Notes under the pieces: model-generated | What the model was told of the DNA's origin: nothing | The model's input: only the letters and a program-made list of their open reading frames with translations | The model's database searches: none | Translations under genes and position numbers: made by a program | Shown here: piece after piece, positions 9,952 through 19,234 of the stretch | Position numbering within the stretch: position 1 is the stretch's first letter | Layout of the letters: each line of letters starts with the position of its first letter | From: Muribaculaceae bacterium | GTDB taxonomy: Bacteria > Bacteroidota > Bacteroidia > Bacteroidales > Muribaculaceae | DNA length: 64,000 bases | Assembly: GCA_023666885.1 (NCBI GenBank) | Contig: JAMPBB010000001.1 | Span: forward strand, 278,068 to 342,067 | Direction: 5' to 3'

Positions 9952-10699
9952 ACCGGCTCTTCCCCTCCCCGGAGCAGTAATCCTCGCCGTTGACCTCGCG
10001 CAGGAAAGCCTCGGCCACCTCGCGGTCATGGCCACAGTCCACGTCAAGAGCCTTGGTAAACAGATAGGGACGCACCTGTATATCCGTTTCGGCGGCAAGT
10101 ATGCGCTGGAAATCGCTCAATGACTCAGGATAGCCCTCACGCCGAGCTACCACTGCCATAGCCTCATCGGTAAGGCCATACAGGCCGGCCGACACTATTA
10201 CGTCAGTGCCGAACGGTTCACCACCATAACGATAATCTATCACCGTATCGTCAGCGCCGATATGAGCATACAGCGGGCTTTCATCATCTACAAACCGCGT
10301 GAGCCCCATCAACACCTCGCCCTGTGGCATTGCCTCTACGGCACTCACATAGCTGCGGAATTCATTTATAGGGAAAATGGCATCTACAGTCATGGCTATA
10401 AACCGGCCCGTCACGCCACGGCATGCCTCGCTGAGGCTGTAATAGGAATTGTCCGACACTATGGGGCGCACCACAAGAGGCAGCCCCTTTTCGGCCTTTA
10501 GACGCTCAAGATACTCCACGAGCTGCGGCATTCGGCTGTTGGCCACTATATATATTTCCTCACCGCCGCATGACATGAGTACGTCAATCAGACGCCCTAT
10601 CATTGGACGCCCCATTATGTTCACCAACGGCTTGGGGTTCTGTTCTCCTTCCTTTGCAAAACGCGAGCCTAATCCGGCCGCAAGAATAACATATTTCAT
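9944..10699 (-). CDS. NTP transferase (nucleotidyl/cytidylyltransferase, LicC/IPCT-like)
   Basis: N-terminal ILAAGLGSRF...PKPLV motif and a late DVD motif. Confidence 0.88.
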   Translation of the reverse strand: MKYVILAAGLGSRFAKEGEQNPKPLVNIMGRPMIGRLIDVLMSCGGEEIYIVANSRMPQLVEYLERLKAEKGLPLVVRPIVSDNSYYSLSEACRGVTGRFIAMTVDAIFPINEFRSYVSAVEAMPQGEVLMGLTRFVDDESPLYAHIGADDTVIDYRYGGEPFGTDVIVSAGLYGLTDEAMAVVARREGYPESLSDFQRILAAETDIQVRPYLFTKALDVDCGHDREVAEAFLREVNGEDYCSGEGKSRYV

Positions 10700-10708
10700 A
10701 ATCTACCG

Positions 10709-10807
10709 CAAAAGTAGCAATTATGTTAATAGCCGGAGTATATTTTGGGTAAAATAATTCATAATGAAATTTTATTGCATACCGTCCAAATAATTAGTGT
10801 ATATTTG
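10709..10807. promoter_or_regulatory. Divergent promoter pair
   Basis: TACTTTTG on the minus strand (10709-10716) and TATATTTG on the plus strand (10800-10807). Confidence 0.6.
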
Positions 10808-10836
10808 CACTGCAAAAACCAATCATAACAATATCC

Positions 10837-11862
10837 ATGAGAGTACATATTGCGGCTTTGGCTTTAGCCGCAGCAGGATTGTCGGCAGCAGCTCAAGAAC
10901 CTGCCACCGATTTAGTAAAAGTAAGTGCAGAGGTGCGTCTGGACTACCAGCGTGATTATCTTGACGGCAAGACCGTGAAAGACAACACCGGATTTGAAGG
11001 CAAGTTTCTGAACCTTCAGCTTGACGGCAACATCACCCCCGAGCTATCCTATTCATGGCGTCAGCGCCTCAACAAGAACCATGATGACCGCACCTTTTTC
11101 GATGCCACTGACTGGGTGTATCTTACCTATGGAGTGGATCGCTGGGCGTTTTCAGCCGGTAAGCAGGTGGTAAGCATAGGCGGCTGGGAATATGACCGCG
11201 CCCCTATTGACCTCTACAGCTGTTCAGTGTTCTGGAACAATATTCCCTGTTATCAGTTAGGCGCATCGGCCGCTTACTCCATCACCCCCGAACACTCGCT
11301 GAAATTTCAAGTGACGCAGAGCCCGTTCTTTACCAAGAGCAATCGTGACATGTACGGCTACAATCTGTTCTGGCAGGGGAAAGCCGGCATATACTCCTCC
11401 CTCTGGTCAGCCAACCTTATGGAGTATGCCGAAGGACGCTACATATCATACATAGCGTTAGGCAACCGCTTTACCGTGGACCGCGTTTCGCTTGAGCTGG
11501 ATGTGATGAACCGTGCATCATCGCATCAGGCGTTCCTGCTGAAGGACTGCTCCGTAATGGGCGAGTTGAAATACAGGCCGTCGGCCCATGTGGCGCTCCA
11601 CGCCAAAGCCACTTATGACGTAAACCACTCCGGTACGGCTGCTGACCTCACCGTACTTAACGGCACCGAACTGACCATGGCCGGCGCTGGCATAGAATAC
11701 TACCCTCTGGTGAAGCACAACCAGTCACTGCGGCTGCACGCCAACTGCTACTACTCATGGGGCAAGAACACCAACACCGCCGATGTGATGCAGAACAAGT
11801 CGCTCATGGTGGACGTAGGCATAAAATGGCACATGGATATATTCTCACTAAAGCATAAATAA
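10837..11862 (+). CDS. Outer membrane porin (OprO/OprP-like beta-barrel)
   Basis: Signal peptide, alternating amphipathic beta-strands, FSAGKQ...GGWEY segment typical of Bacteroidales porins. Confidence 0.7.
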   Translation: MRVHIAALALAAAGLSAAAQEPATDLVKVSAEVRLDYQRDYLDGKTVKDNTGFEGKFLNLQLDGNITPELSYSWRQRLNKNHDDRTFFDATDWVYLTYGVDRWAFSAGKQVVSIGGWEYDRAPIDLYSCSVFWNNIPCYQLGASAAYSITPEHSLKFQVTQSPFFTKSNRDMYGYNLFWQGKAGIYSSLWSANLMEYAEGRYISYIALGNRFTVDRVSLELDVMNRASSHQAFLLKDCSVMGELKYRPSAHVALHAKATYDVNHSGTAADLTVLNGTELTMAGAGIEYYPLVKHNQSLRLHANCYYSWGKNTNTADVMQNKSLMVDVGIKWHMDIFSLKHK

Positions 11863-11878
11863 AGAAAGGATCAAGATA

Positions 11879-13072
11879 ATGCAATCAATAGAAAAAGAGG
11901 CTGCCGCGAGCACAGCTCAAAGCGCCGAGATAAAACGGAAGTCGACACTGTCACGCATCATACCGCAGGGTGTACCATGTTTGGTATGCGTTATAGCACT
12001 CTTCTGGTATTTAGGGCACATAATGGGCATGGCCAATATGCTCAACACCGTGATGCACACCGCCCATGACCTGCTGCTCAACACCGTGTTCTACCTTATG
12101 GGCATATGCGTGGTGACCGGAGCCATCGGACGCCTGTTCGTGGAGTTCGGCGTAGTGAAACTGATAGAGCGCATACTGCGTCCGCTTATGCGCCCGCTGT
12201 TCGGCCTGCCCGGCGTGGCAGCGCTCGGGGCCGTAATGACATTCCTCAGTGACAACCCTGCCATAATATCGCTGTCGCAGGACAAACGCTTCTGCCGCTA
12301 CTTCAAGAAATTCCAGTACATATCACTCACCAATTTCGGCACCGCCTTCGGCATGGGCCTTCTGGTAATGGTGTTCATGATAGGCCAGGGATTCTTCATA
12401 GAGCCGCTCATAGGACTTGTAGGCGCATTCTGCGGCTGCATAGTGTCCACGCGCCTCATGCAACGCTTTGTCATAAAGGCCTATCCTGAATTTGCCAATG
12501 AAAATGTCAGCGACATAGCCGTTGATGACGATGACGTAGAGGAGGACAAAACGCAGTCAGTATTCATCCGCGTGCTCAACTCACTCCTTGACGGCGGACG
12601 CACGGGTGTGGATGTGGGCATAGCCATTATACCCGGCGTGCTCATCATATCCACCCTTGTAATGGTGCTCACATTCGGCGCATCGGCCACCGGTGAATAT
12701 ACCGGTGCAGCCTATGAAGGCGTGGAGCTTCTGCCCTGGCTGGCCCAGAAGGTAAATGTGGTGTTTGAATGGCTGTTCGGCTTCACTGACCCGCACCTTG
12801 TGGCCTTCCCCATAACCGCACTCGGAGCCGTAGGAGCAGCGCTGAGCCTTGTACCCAACTTCATGAGCCAAGGCTGGATCGACGGCAACGCCATATGCGT
12901 ATTCACCGCCATAGGCATGTGCTGGAGCGGCTACCTGAGCACGCACACCGCCATGCTCGACTCCATGGGCTACCGTCAGCTCACCCCCAAGGCCATCCTG
13001 GCGCATACCATAGGCGGACTCGTAGCCGCCATTGCAGCTCATGCCATATACATGGTAGTGACCCTGATCTGA
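11879..13072 (+). CDS. Inner-membrane transporter-like protein with two nucleoside-recognition (Gate)-like repeats (CD0519/CD1768-like)
   Basis: About 9-10 TM helices; RPLMRPLFGLPG and VVFEWLFGF repeats. Confidence 0.65.
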   Translation: MQSIEKEAAASTAQSAEIKRKSTLSRIIPQGVPCLVCVIALFWYLGHIMGMANMLNTVMHTAHDLLLNTVFYLMGICVVTGAIGRLFVEFGVVKLIERILRPLMRPLFGLPGVAALGAVMTFLSDNPAIISLSQDKRFCRYFKKFQYISLTNFGTAFGMGLLVMVFMIGQGFFIEPLIGLVGAFCGCIVSTRLMQRFVIKAYPEFANENVSDIAVDDDDVEEDKTQSVFIRVLNSLLDGGRTGVDVGIAIIPGVLIISTLVMVLTFGASATGEYTGAAYEGVELLPWLAQKVNVVFEWLFGFTDPHLVAFPITALGAVGAALSLVPNFMSQGWIDGNAICVFTAIGMCWSGYLSTHTAMLDSMGYRQLTPKAILAHTIGGLVAAIAAHAIYMVVTLI

Positions 13073-13092
13073 CCCACGTGACCACAACATAC

Positions 13093-13132
13093 TGCGGGCG
13101 CGCTCCCTCCTGTGGAAGCGCGCCCGTATTTT
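13093..13132. terminator. Terminator between convergent genes
   Basis: tgcgggcgcgct / agcgcgcccgta stem followed by tttt. Confidence 0.7.
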
Positions 13133-13158
13133 GTATCATCAAGTACAGGGGTAGTACT

Positions 13159-14358
13159 TCAGCACTGTACCGAAGCAAGCTCAGCCACAGCCTCCTTGAG
13201 CTGTGCCATGGCCTCAAGCAGTTGACGGCGCGGCATGCCTATGTTTAGGCGCATATATCCCTGCCCCTGCCGCCCGAACATAGCGCCGTCATTAAGCGCC
13301 AGGTGAGCCTGATTGACAAACATGTCCACCAGTTCAGGCTGGCTGAGGCCCAGACTGCGGCAGTCAAGCCATATAAGGAACGATGCCTGAGGGCGTATCA
13401 CACTCACGCCCTCTATGTTATCACGGACATACCTCTCCACCGCCTCAACATTGCCTTCCAAATAACGCAGCATCTCATCAAGCCACTGCTCGCCACATCG
13501 GTAAGCGACTTCAGTGGCTATAGTAGCCGAAAAGAAAGGCGATGAAAATTCATTGGCCGTCATCCAGCGGTAGAACGGCTCACGCAGTGCGGGATTCCTC
13601 ACTATCATCCATGAGCTGACCAGCCCGGCTATATTGAACGTCTTTGACGGTGCCCCGAACGAAACTGACACCTCGGCGGCCTCAGGGCTGACACAGGCAA
13701 AGGGTATGTGCGGGCGCCCCCAAAGCATGAGGTCGCCGTGTATTTCATCGCTAAGCACTATCACGCCGTACTTCTTGGCCAGCGAGGCCACAGTGCGCAG
13801 CGTATCGGCATCCCACTGTATGCCCACAGGGTTGTGAGGATTGCACAGAATCATCATGCGCGGATGCTCCGTGGCAAACACATGCTCCAAATGCTCCAGA
13901 TCCATCTCATAGTGTATGCCGGTATCAGTGTGGCGCAGCGGATTCTCGACCACCACACGGTCATTACCCTCAGTCACGGCGCGGAAGGGATGATATACCG
14001 GAGGCTGTATCACCACCTTGTCGCCGGGGCGGGTAAAGAAGTTGAGCGCATAGGCTATACCGCGCACCACACCGGGCACGAAGGCCAGATGCTCACGCTC
14101 GGGGCGGAAGCCGTGGCGGCGTTCCAACCAGTCACATATTGAAGTCCAATAGCTGTCAGGAGCCACCGAATATCCGTAGACCGGATGGTCAATACGCTCA
14201 CGCATGGCCTTGACTATGTCCGGGCATACGGCGAATTCCATATCCGCTATCCACATGGGGGTCACATCCGTGCGGCCGAAAAGCTCGGCCAGCGATTCAT
14301 ACTTCACGGCACCGGTGCCGCGACGCTCTATTACTGTGTCGAAATTGTATTTGCTCAT
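13159..14358 (-). CDS. PatB/MalY family PLP-dependent C-S lyase
   Basis: PMWIADMEF, LCNPHNPVG, SDEIHGD and APSKTFNIAG (PLP Lys). Confidence 0.93.
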   Translation of the reverse strand: MSKYNFDTVIERRGTGAVKYESLAELFGRTDVTPMWIADMEFAVCPDIVKAMRERIDHPVYGYSVAPDSYWTSICDWLERRHGFRPEREHLAFVPGVVRGIAYALNFFTRPGDKVVIQPPVYHPFRAVTEGNDRVVVENPLRHTDTGIHYEMDLEHLEHVFATEHPRMMILCNPHNPVGIQWDADTLRTVASLAKKYGVIVLSDEIHGDLMLWGRPHIPFACVSPEAAEVSVSFGAPSKTFNIAGLVSSWMIVRNPALREPFYRWMTANEFSSPFFSATIATEVAYRCGEQWLDEMLRYLEGNVEAVERYVRDNIEGVSVIRPQASFLIWLDCRSLGLSQPELVDMFVNQAHLALNDGAMFGRQGQGYMRLNIGMPRRQLLEAMAQLKEAVAELASVQC

Positions 14359-14365
14359 GGTGGTG

Positions 14366-14412
14366 CAAATTTAGTCATTTTTTTGTGAGTTAGAAAATTA
14401 TACGTATCTTTG
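14366..14412. promoter_or_regulatory. Divergent promoters for the patB-like gene and rpsA
   Basis: TAAATTTG on minus (14366-14373); TTTG 14382-14385 plus TATCTTTG 14405-14412 on plus. Confidence 0.7.
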
Positions 14413-14488
14413 CACACTCAATAAGTGAACCAATATAATGTCTAACTTATTAATTTGCTTAACTAACCCTATTTACTAACTTAATTAA

Positions 14489-16279
14489 ATGACTGAAGAA
14501 TTAAAAAATTCGCCCATCGAAGATTTCGACTGGGAAGCCTATGAAAACGGTGATACCCAAGGCGCCAAGACTCGCGAAGAGCTGACTCAGACCTACGACG
14601 AGTCACTTAACACCGTTAAGGACAAAGAAGTAATCGAAGGTACCATCATTGCGCTCAACAAGCGTGAAGCAGTGGTTAACATCGGCTACAAGAGCGACGG
14701 TATCATCCCCATGAACGAATTCCGCTACAACCCTGACATCAAGGTAGGCGACACAGTGGAAGTGTTCATAGAAAACCAGGAGGACAAGAAAGGCCAGCTT
14801 ATCCTCTCACACCGCAAGGCCCGCGCAGCCCGTTCATGGGAGCGCATCAATCAGGCTCTTGAAAACGATGAAATCATCAAGGGCTACATCAAGTGCCGTA
14901 CCAAAGGCGGCATGATCGTGGACGTATTCGGAATCGAGGCATTCCTCCCCGGCTCACAGATAGACGTACGCCCCATCCGCGACTACGATGTATTCGTAGG
15001 CAAGACCATGGAATTCAAGGTGGTCAAAATCAATCAGGAATACAAGAACGTGGTGGTATCGCACAAGGCTCTCATTGAGGCAGAACTTGAGCAGCAGAAG
15101 CGCGAAATCATTGCCAAACTCGAAAAAGGCCAGGTACTTGAAGGCACCGTCAAGAACATCACCACTTACGGTGTGTTCATTGACCTCGGTGGCGTCGACG
15201 GCCTTATACACATCACTGACCTCTCTTGGGGCCGCGTAAGCCATCCCGAAGAAGTGGTACAGCTTGACCAGAAGCTCAACGTGGTTATCCTTGACTTCGA
15301 TGATGAGAAGAAGCGCATAGCCCTCGGCCTCAAGCAGCTCCAGCCCCATCCATGGGACGCTCTTGACCCCGAAATCAAGGTTGGCGACAAGGTTAAAGGC
15401 CGCGTAGTGGTAATGGCTGACTACGGCGCATTCATTGAAATAGCTCCCGGCGTAGAAGGTCTGATACACGTAAGCGAAATGTCATGGAGCCAGCACCTGC
15501 GCTCAGCTCAGGACTTCATGAAGGTAGGCGACGAGATAGAAGCCGTAATACTTACCCTCGACCGCGAGGACCGCAAGATGAGCCTCGGCATCAAGCAGCT
15601 CAAGAACGATCCTTGGGAAAATATCGAAACCAAATATCCCGTAGGAAGCAAGCACACCGCCCGTGTGCGTAACTTCACCAACTTCGGTGTATTCGTTGAG
15701 ATAGAGGAAGGCGTTGACGGACTTATCCACATCAGCGACCTCTCATGGACCAAGAAGATCAAGCACCCCAGCGAATTTACCCAGATAGGCGCCAACATTG
15801 ACGTTCAGGTCCTGGAGATAGACAAGGACAACCGTCGTCTGAGCCTCGGCCACAAGCAGCTCGAGGAAAATCCCTGGGATGTATTCGAAACCATATTCAC
15901 CGTAGGCAGCATCCACGAAGGCACTATCATTGAAATGGTAGACAAGGGCGCTGTAATAGCACTTCCCTACGGCGTAGAAGGATTCGCCACTCCCAAGCAC
16001 CTCGTTAAAGAGGATGGCACTCAGGCCCGCCTGGATGAGAAGCTGAACTTCAAGGTAATAGAATTCAACAAGGACAGCAAGCGCATAATCCTCAGCCACA
16101 GCCGCATATTTGAGGATGCCAACAAGGCTGAACGCAACGAAGCCCGCAAAGCCAAGCGCAACGAAGCCCGCGCCAAGCGTGCTGAAGAGCCCGCTATGCT
16201 CAACCAGCCCCTCGAAAAGACCACACTCGGCGACCTTGAGGCACTGGCAGCTCTCAAGCAGCAGCTCTCAGGCAAGTAA
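14489..16279 (+). CDS. rpsA: 30S ribosomal protein S1
   Basis: Six S1 repeats (GLIHITDLSW, GLIHVSEMSW, GLIHISDLSW), C-terminal KTTLGDL and high-expression codon bias. Confidence 0.98.
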   Translation: MTEELKNSPIEDFDWEAYENGDTQGAKTREELTQTYDESLNTVKDKEVIEGTIIALNKREAVVNIGYKSDGIIPMNEFRYNPDIKVGDTVEVFIENQEDKKGQLILSHRKARAARSWERINQALENDEIIKGYIKCRTKGGMIVDVFGIEAFLPGSQIDVRPIRDYDVFVGKTMEFKVVKINQEYKNVVVSHKALIEAELEQQKREIIAKLEKGQVLEGTVKNITTYGVFIDLGGVDGLIHITDLSWGRVSHPEEVVQLDQKLNVVILDFDDEKKRIALGLKQLQPHPWDALDPEIKVGDKVKGRVVVMADYGAFIEIAPGVEGLIHVSEMSWSQHLRSAQDFMKVGDEIEAVILTLDREDRKMSLGIKQLKNDPWENIETKYPVGSKHTARVRNFTNFGVFVEIEEGVDGLIHISDLSWTKKIKHPSEFTQIGANIDVQVLEIDKDNRRLSLGHKQLEENPWDVFETIFTVGSIHEGTIIEMVDKGAVIALPYGVEGFATPKHLVKEDGTQARLDEKLNFKVIEFNKDSKRIILSHSRIFEDANKAERNEARKAKRNEARAKRAEEPAMLNQPLEKTTLGDLEALAALKQQLSGK

Positions 16280-16301
16280 TTTAGCCGTATACATCATACT
16301 C

Positions 16302-16342
16302 AAAGTACCCGCCACCACTCTACGGCGGGTACTTTCTTTTTT
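16302..16342 (+). terminator. rpsA terminator
   Basis: aaagtacccgcc / ggcgggtacttt followed by a T run. Confidence 0.85.
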
Positions 16343-16399
16343 ATGTCAGCGGTATTGTGTGTATGAGGTATTTTGTCTACTTTTGCATTGCCGAAGAAA

Positions 16400-16474
16400 G
16401 CCCCGGTAGTTCAACGGATAGAATAGAAGTTTCCTAAACTTTTGATAGCAGTTCGATTCTGCTCCGGGGTACCA
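16400..16474 (+). tRNA. tRNA-Arg(CCT)
   Basis: Acceptor gccccgg/ccggggt, anticodon arm gaagt-ttCCTaa-acttt, T loop gttcgatt, encoded CCA; TACTTTTG promoter element at 16378-16385. Confidence 0.95.
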
Positions 16475-16491
16475 ACATACCTTGATTCTAT

Positions 16492-17859
16492 ATGCCTTCA
16501 CTACGCGCAGACAGTGCACCAACGCGCCGTAAATCACCGTTAAGCTGGGTTCCGTCAGTGTATTTCGCCATGGGGCTTCCGTTTATAGCCCTCAATCTTG
16601 TGGCCGTGATAATGTTTGACGACCTGGGCGTTGACAAAAAGCTCATCACTTTCTGGACCTCACTGCTCACACTCCCCTACACCCTTAAATTCATCTGGAG
16701 CCCGCTTCTGGAAATATACTGGACCAAGCGCAACTTTGTTGTAGCCACGCAGGCCATATCAGGCTTCTGTTTCGGCATAATAGCCTTCCTGCTTCCGCTA
16801 CCCTCATTCTTCTCATTCACCATAGCCATGATGGGCGTAATAGCCCTGTCAGGCGCCACGCATGACATAGCCACTGACGGCATATACCTTGCCGCGCTCG
16901 ACAAGAAGACACAGTCCACCTACATAGGATGGCAAGGCGCGTTCTACAATCTGGCCAAGGTCCTGGCTAACGGTGGCCTCGTATGGCTGGCCGGAATGCT
17001 CATAAATCACTTCAAGCAGAGCCATCCGGAGCGCGCACCGTTCTACGCATGGATGATAATAATGGGCATATTAGGCGTGCTGCTCATAGTTATGGCCGTG
17101 TACCATTACTTCGCCCTGCCGCGCACCCCAAAGGCAGCCGATGCCCCTGAAGGATTCAGCCGGGCCATGCAGTCGATGTGGCACGTGCTGCTCGACTTCT
17201 TCCGCAAGCCCCACATACTGCTCTACATCCTGTTCATACTCTGCTACCGCCTCACCGAAGGCCTGGCCATAAAGATAGTGCCCATATTTCTTAAAGCCGC
17301 CCGCGCCGATGGCGGTCTGGGCTTAAGCAACGAGGCTATAGGCACCATTTACGGCACCTTTGCCACCATAGCCTTCATAGTAGGCTCCATACTCGGCGGC
17401 TATTATATAGCCCGTTTCGGGCTGCGAAGGGTGCTTTTGTCGCTTGTGGCCATCTTTAACATACCCTTTGCTATATACTGCTTCTTTGCGGTGTATCAGC
17501 CGGAGAATCTATGGATAATAGGGTCAGGGCTTGTAACCGAATACTTCTGCTACGGATTCGGATTCGTGGGCCTCACGCTGTTTATGATGCAGCAGGTGGC
17601 TCCCGGACGCCACTCCATGGCTCACTACGCATTTGCCTCGGCCATAATGAACCTCGGCGTAATGCTTCCCGGCATGGTGAGCGGATGGCTATGCGAAGTT
17701 ACAGGCTACGAGTTGTTCTTCATAATAGCACTGGCCGTATCAGTGCCCTCGTTCGTACTGGCATGGATAGTACCGTTCAGCCACCCTGACAAGGATGAAA
17801 CCGAAAAGGAGGTACTCGCATCGGCCGTAGAAGCCGAGGAGGACTCCACATTACAATAG
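16492..17859 (+). CDS. AmpG-like MFS transporter
   Basis: LPYTLKFIWSPL and ATHDIATDG motifs; about 12 TM helices. Confidence 0.88.
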   Translation: MPSLRADSAPTRRKSPLSWVPSVYFAMGLPFIALNLVAVIMFDDLGVDKKLITFWTSLLTLPYTLKFIWSPLLEIYWTKRNFVVATQAISGFCFGIIAFLLPLPSFFSFTIAMMGVIALSGATHDIATDGIYLAALDKKTQSTYIGWQGAFYNLAKVLANGGLVWLAGMLINHFKQSHPERAPFYAWMIIMGILGVLLIVMAVYHYFALPRTPKAADAPEGFSRAMQSMWHVLLDFFRKPHILLYILFILCYRLTEGLAIKIVPIFLKAARADGGLGLSNEAIGTIYGTFATIAFIVGSILGGYYIARFGLRRVLLSLVAIFNIPFAIYCFFAVYQPENLWIIGSGLVTEYFCYGFGFVGLTLFMMQQVAPGRHSMAHYAFASAIMNLGVMLPGMVSGWLCEVTGYELFFIIALAVSVPSFVLAWIVPFSHPDKDETEKEVLASAVEAEEDSTLQ

Positions 17860-17862
17860 CTT

Positions 17863-18870
17863 ATGACTAAACTCAGAATCGAAGGACAGCCGCTGCCCCA
17901 CATGCCATGGGAAGAGCGTCCCGCAGGATGCCGTGACGTGATGTGGCGCTACAGCGCCAACCCCGTAATACCGCGCGATGCGCTCAGCACATCCAACAGT
18001 ATATTCAACAGTGCCGTAGTGCCGTTCAATGACGGCAAGTATCGCTTTGCAGGAGTGTTCCGCTGCGATGACACCAACCGCCGCATGAGGCTCCATGCCG
18101 GATTTTCAGTAGACGGTTTCAAATGGGACATATGCGAGGAAGATATCCGCCTCACAGGTACCGATGCCGAAGTGGCTGAGTGGGTGTACGGTTATGATCC
18201 TCGCGTGGCCAAGATAGATGACCGCTACATAGTAACGTGGTGCAACGGCTACCACGGCCCCACAATAGGCGTGGCATGGACCACTGACTTCCGCACATTC
18301 CACCAGATGGAAAACGCCTTCCTCCCTTATAACCGCAACGGCGTGATGTTCCCCCGCAAAATAGACGGGCGGTATGCCATGCTATCGCGTCCGAGCGACA
18401 CCGGACATACCGCTTTCGGCGATATATTCTACAGCGAGTCGCCCGACATGGAATTTTGGGGACACCACCGCCACGTAATGTCGCCCGCGCCCTTTGAACT
18501 AAGCGCCTGGCAATGCATGAAGATAGGCGCCGGCCCCATACCCATTGAAACCTCCGAAGGTTGGCTCCTGCTCTATCATGGCGTGCTCCGCTCATGCAAC
18601 GGCTATGTCTACGCTTTCGGGTCAGCGCTCCTTGACCTCAAGCAGCCATGGAAAGTAACAGCCCGCAGCGGCCCGTACCTCATATCTCCCCGTGAAATCT
18701 ACGAGCTAACGGGCGATGTGCCCAACGTAACCTTCCCATGCGCAGCGCTGCACGACCCCGCCACCGGCCGTCTGGCCGTATATTACGGATGCGCCGACAC
18801 CGTCACCGGCCTTGCCTTCGGATACATCCCGGAAATAGTGGAGTGGACCAAGCGCAACTCCATCATCTGA
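17863..18870 (+). CDS. Glycoside hydrolase family 130 (beta-1,4-mannooligosaccharide / mannosyl-GlcNAc phosphorylase-like)
   Basis: [43 protein letters not shown] and YYGCADT. Confidence 0.92.
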   Translation: MTKLRIEGQPLPHMPWEERPAGCRDVMWRYSANPVIPRDALSTSNSIFNSAVVPFNDGKYRFAGVFRCDDTNRRMRLHAGFSVDGFKWDICEEDIRLTGTDAEVAEWVYGYDPRVAKIDDRYIVTWCNGYHGPTIGVAWTTDFRTFHQMENAFLPYNRNGVMFPRKIDGRYAMLSRPSDTGHTAFGDIFYSESPDMEFWGHHRHVMSPAPFELSAWQCMKIGAGPIPIETSEGWLLLYHGVLRSCNGYVYAFGSALLDLKQPWKVTARSGPYLISPREIYELTGDVPNVTFPCAALHDPATGRLAVYYGCADTVTGLAFGYIPEIVEWTKRNSII

Positions 18871-18893
18871 CATATCACACTGTCATCCCCCAC

Positions 18894-18930
18894 ACAGGTA
18901 TTTGTCCGCACCGGCAGGTACCTGTTTTTT
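18894..18930 (+). terminator. Terminator after GH130
   Basis: acaggtatttgtc / ggcaggtacctgt followed by tttttt. Confidence 0.75.
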
Positions 18931-19127
18931 GCCATAATGTCAATGTCCGCTTTAAGGCTGCAAATATAGCACAGCAATCTCCCCGCAAAGTGGATAATCC
19001 GCACATTTGTGCAGCCTGGCGTAGACCCGCGGCGAGCGCGGTCGCGTGACACCACAGCACCGGAGGCGATGTATGTTTGGAACCCCTTGACCCGCCTTCA
19101 GTGCAGATGATATGTGCAGAGTTACGG

Positions 19128-19212
19128 CGGATTGCGAAGCAATCATTCTTGCATAGCCGTGGGCCGGAGCGCAAGCGAAGACCCACGGACTATTTCAGCG
19201 CCGGAGGCGATG
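19128..19212 (+). repeat. REP-like repeat family 1, copy A
   Basis: gattgc-gaa-gcaatc ... ccgtgggccggagcgcaagcgaagacccacgg; homologous to copies at 49200, 56265, 56401 and 57224. Confidence 0.85.
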
Positions 19213-19234
19213 TCCGTGAGAAGCCCCATGACCG

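Noticed and set aside
9952-10098. Extended N-terminus of the CDP-alcohol transferase
   Set aside because: It overlaps the NTP transferase in another frame; ATG 9951 gives normal translational coupling.
18875-19186. Small ORFs in the GH130-aroB gap (103, 90 and 64 aa)
   Set aside because: They run through terminator and repeat DNA and have no recognisable motifs.
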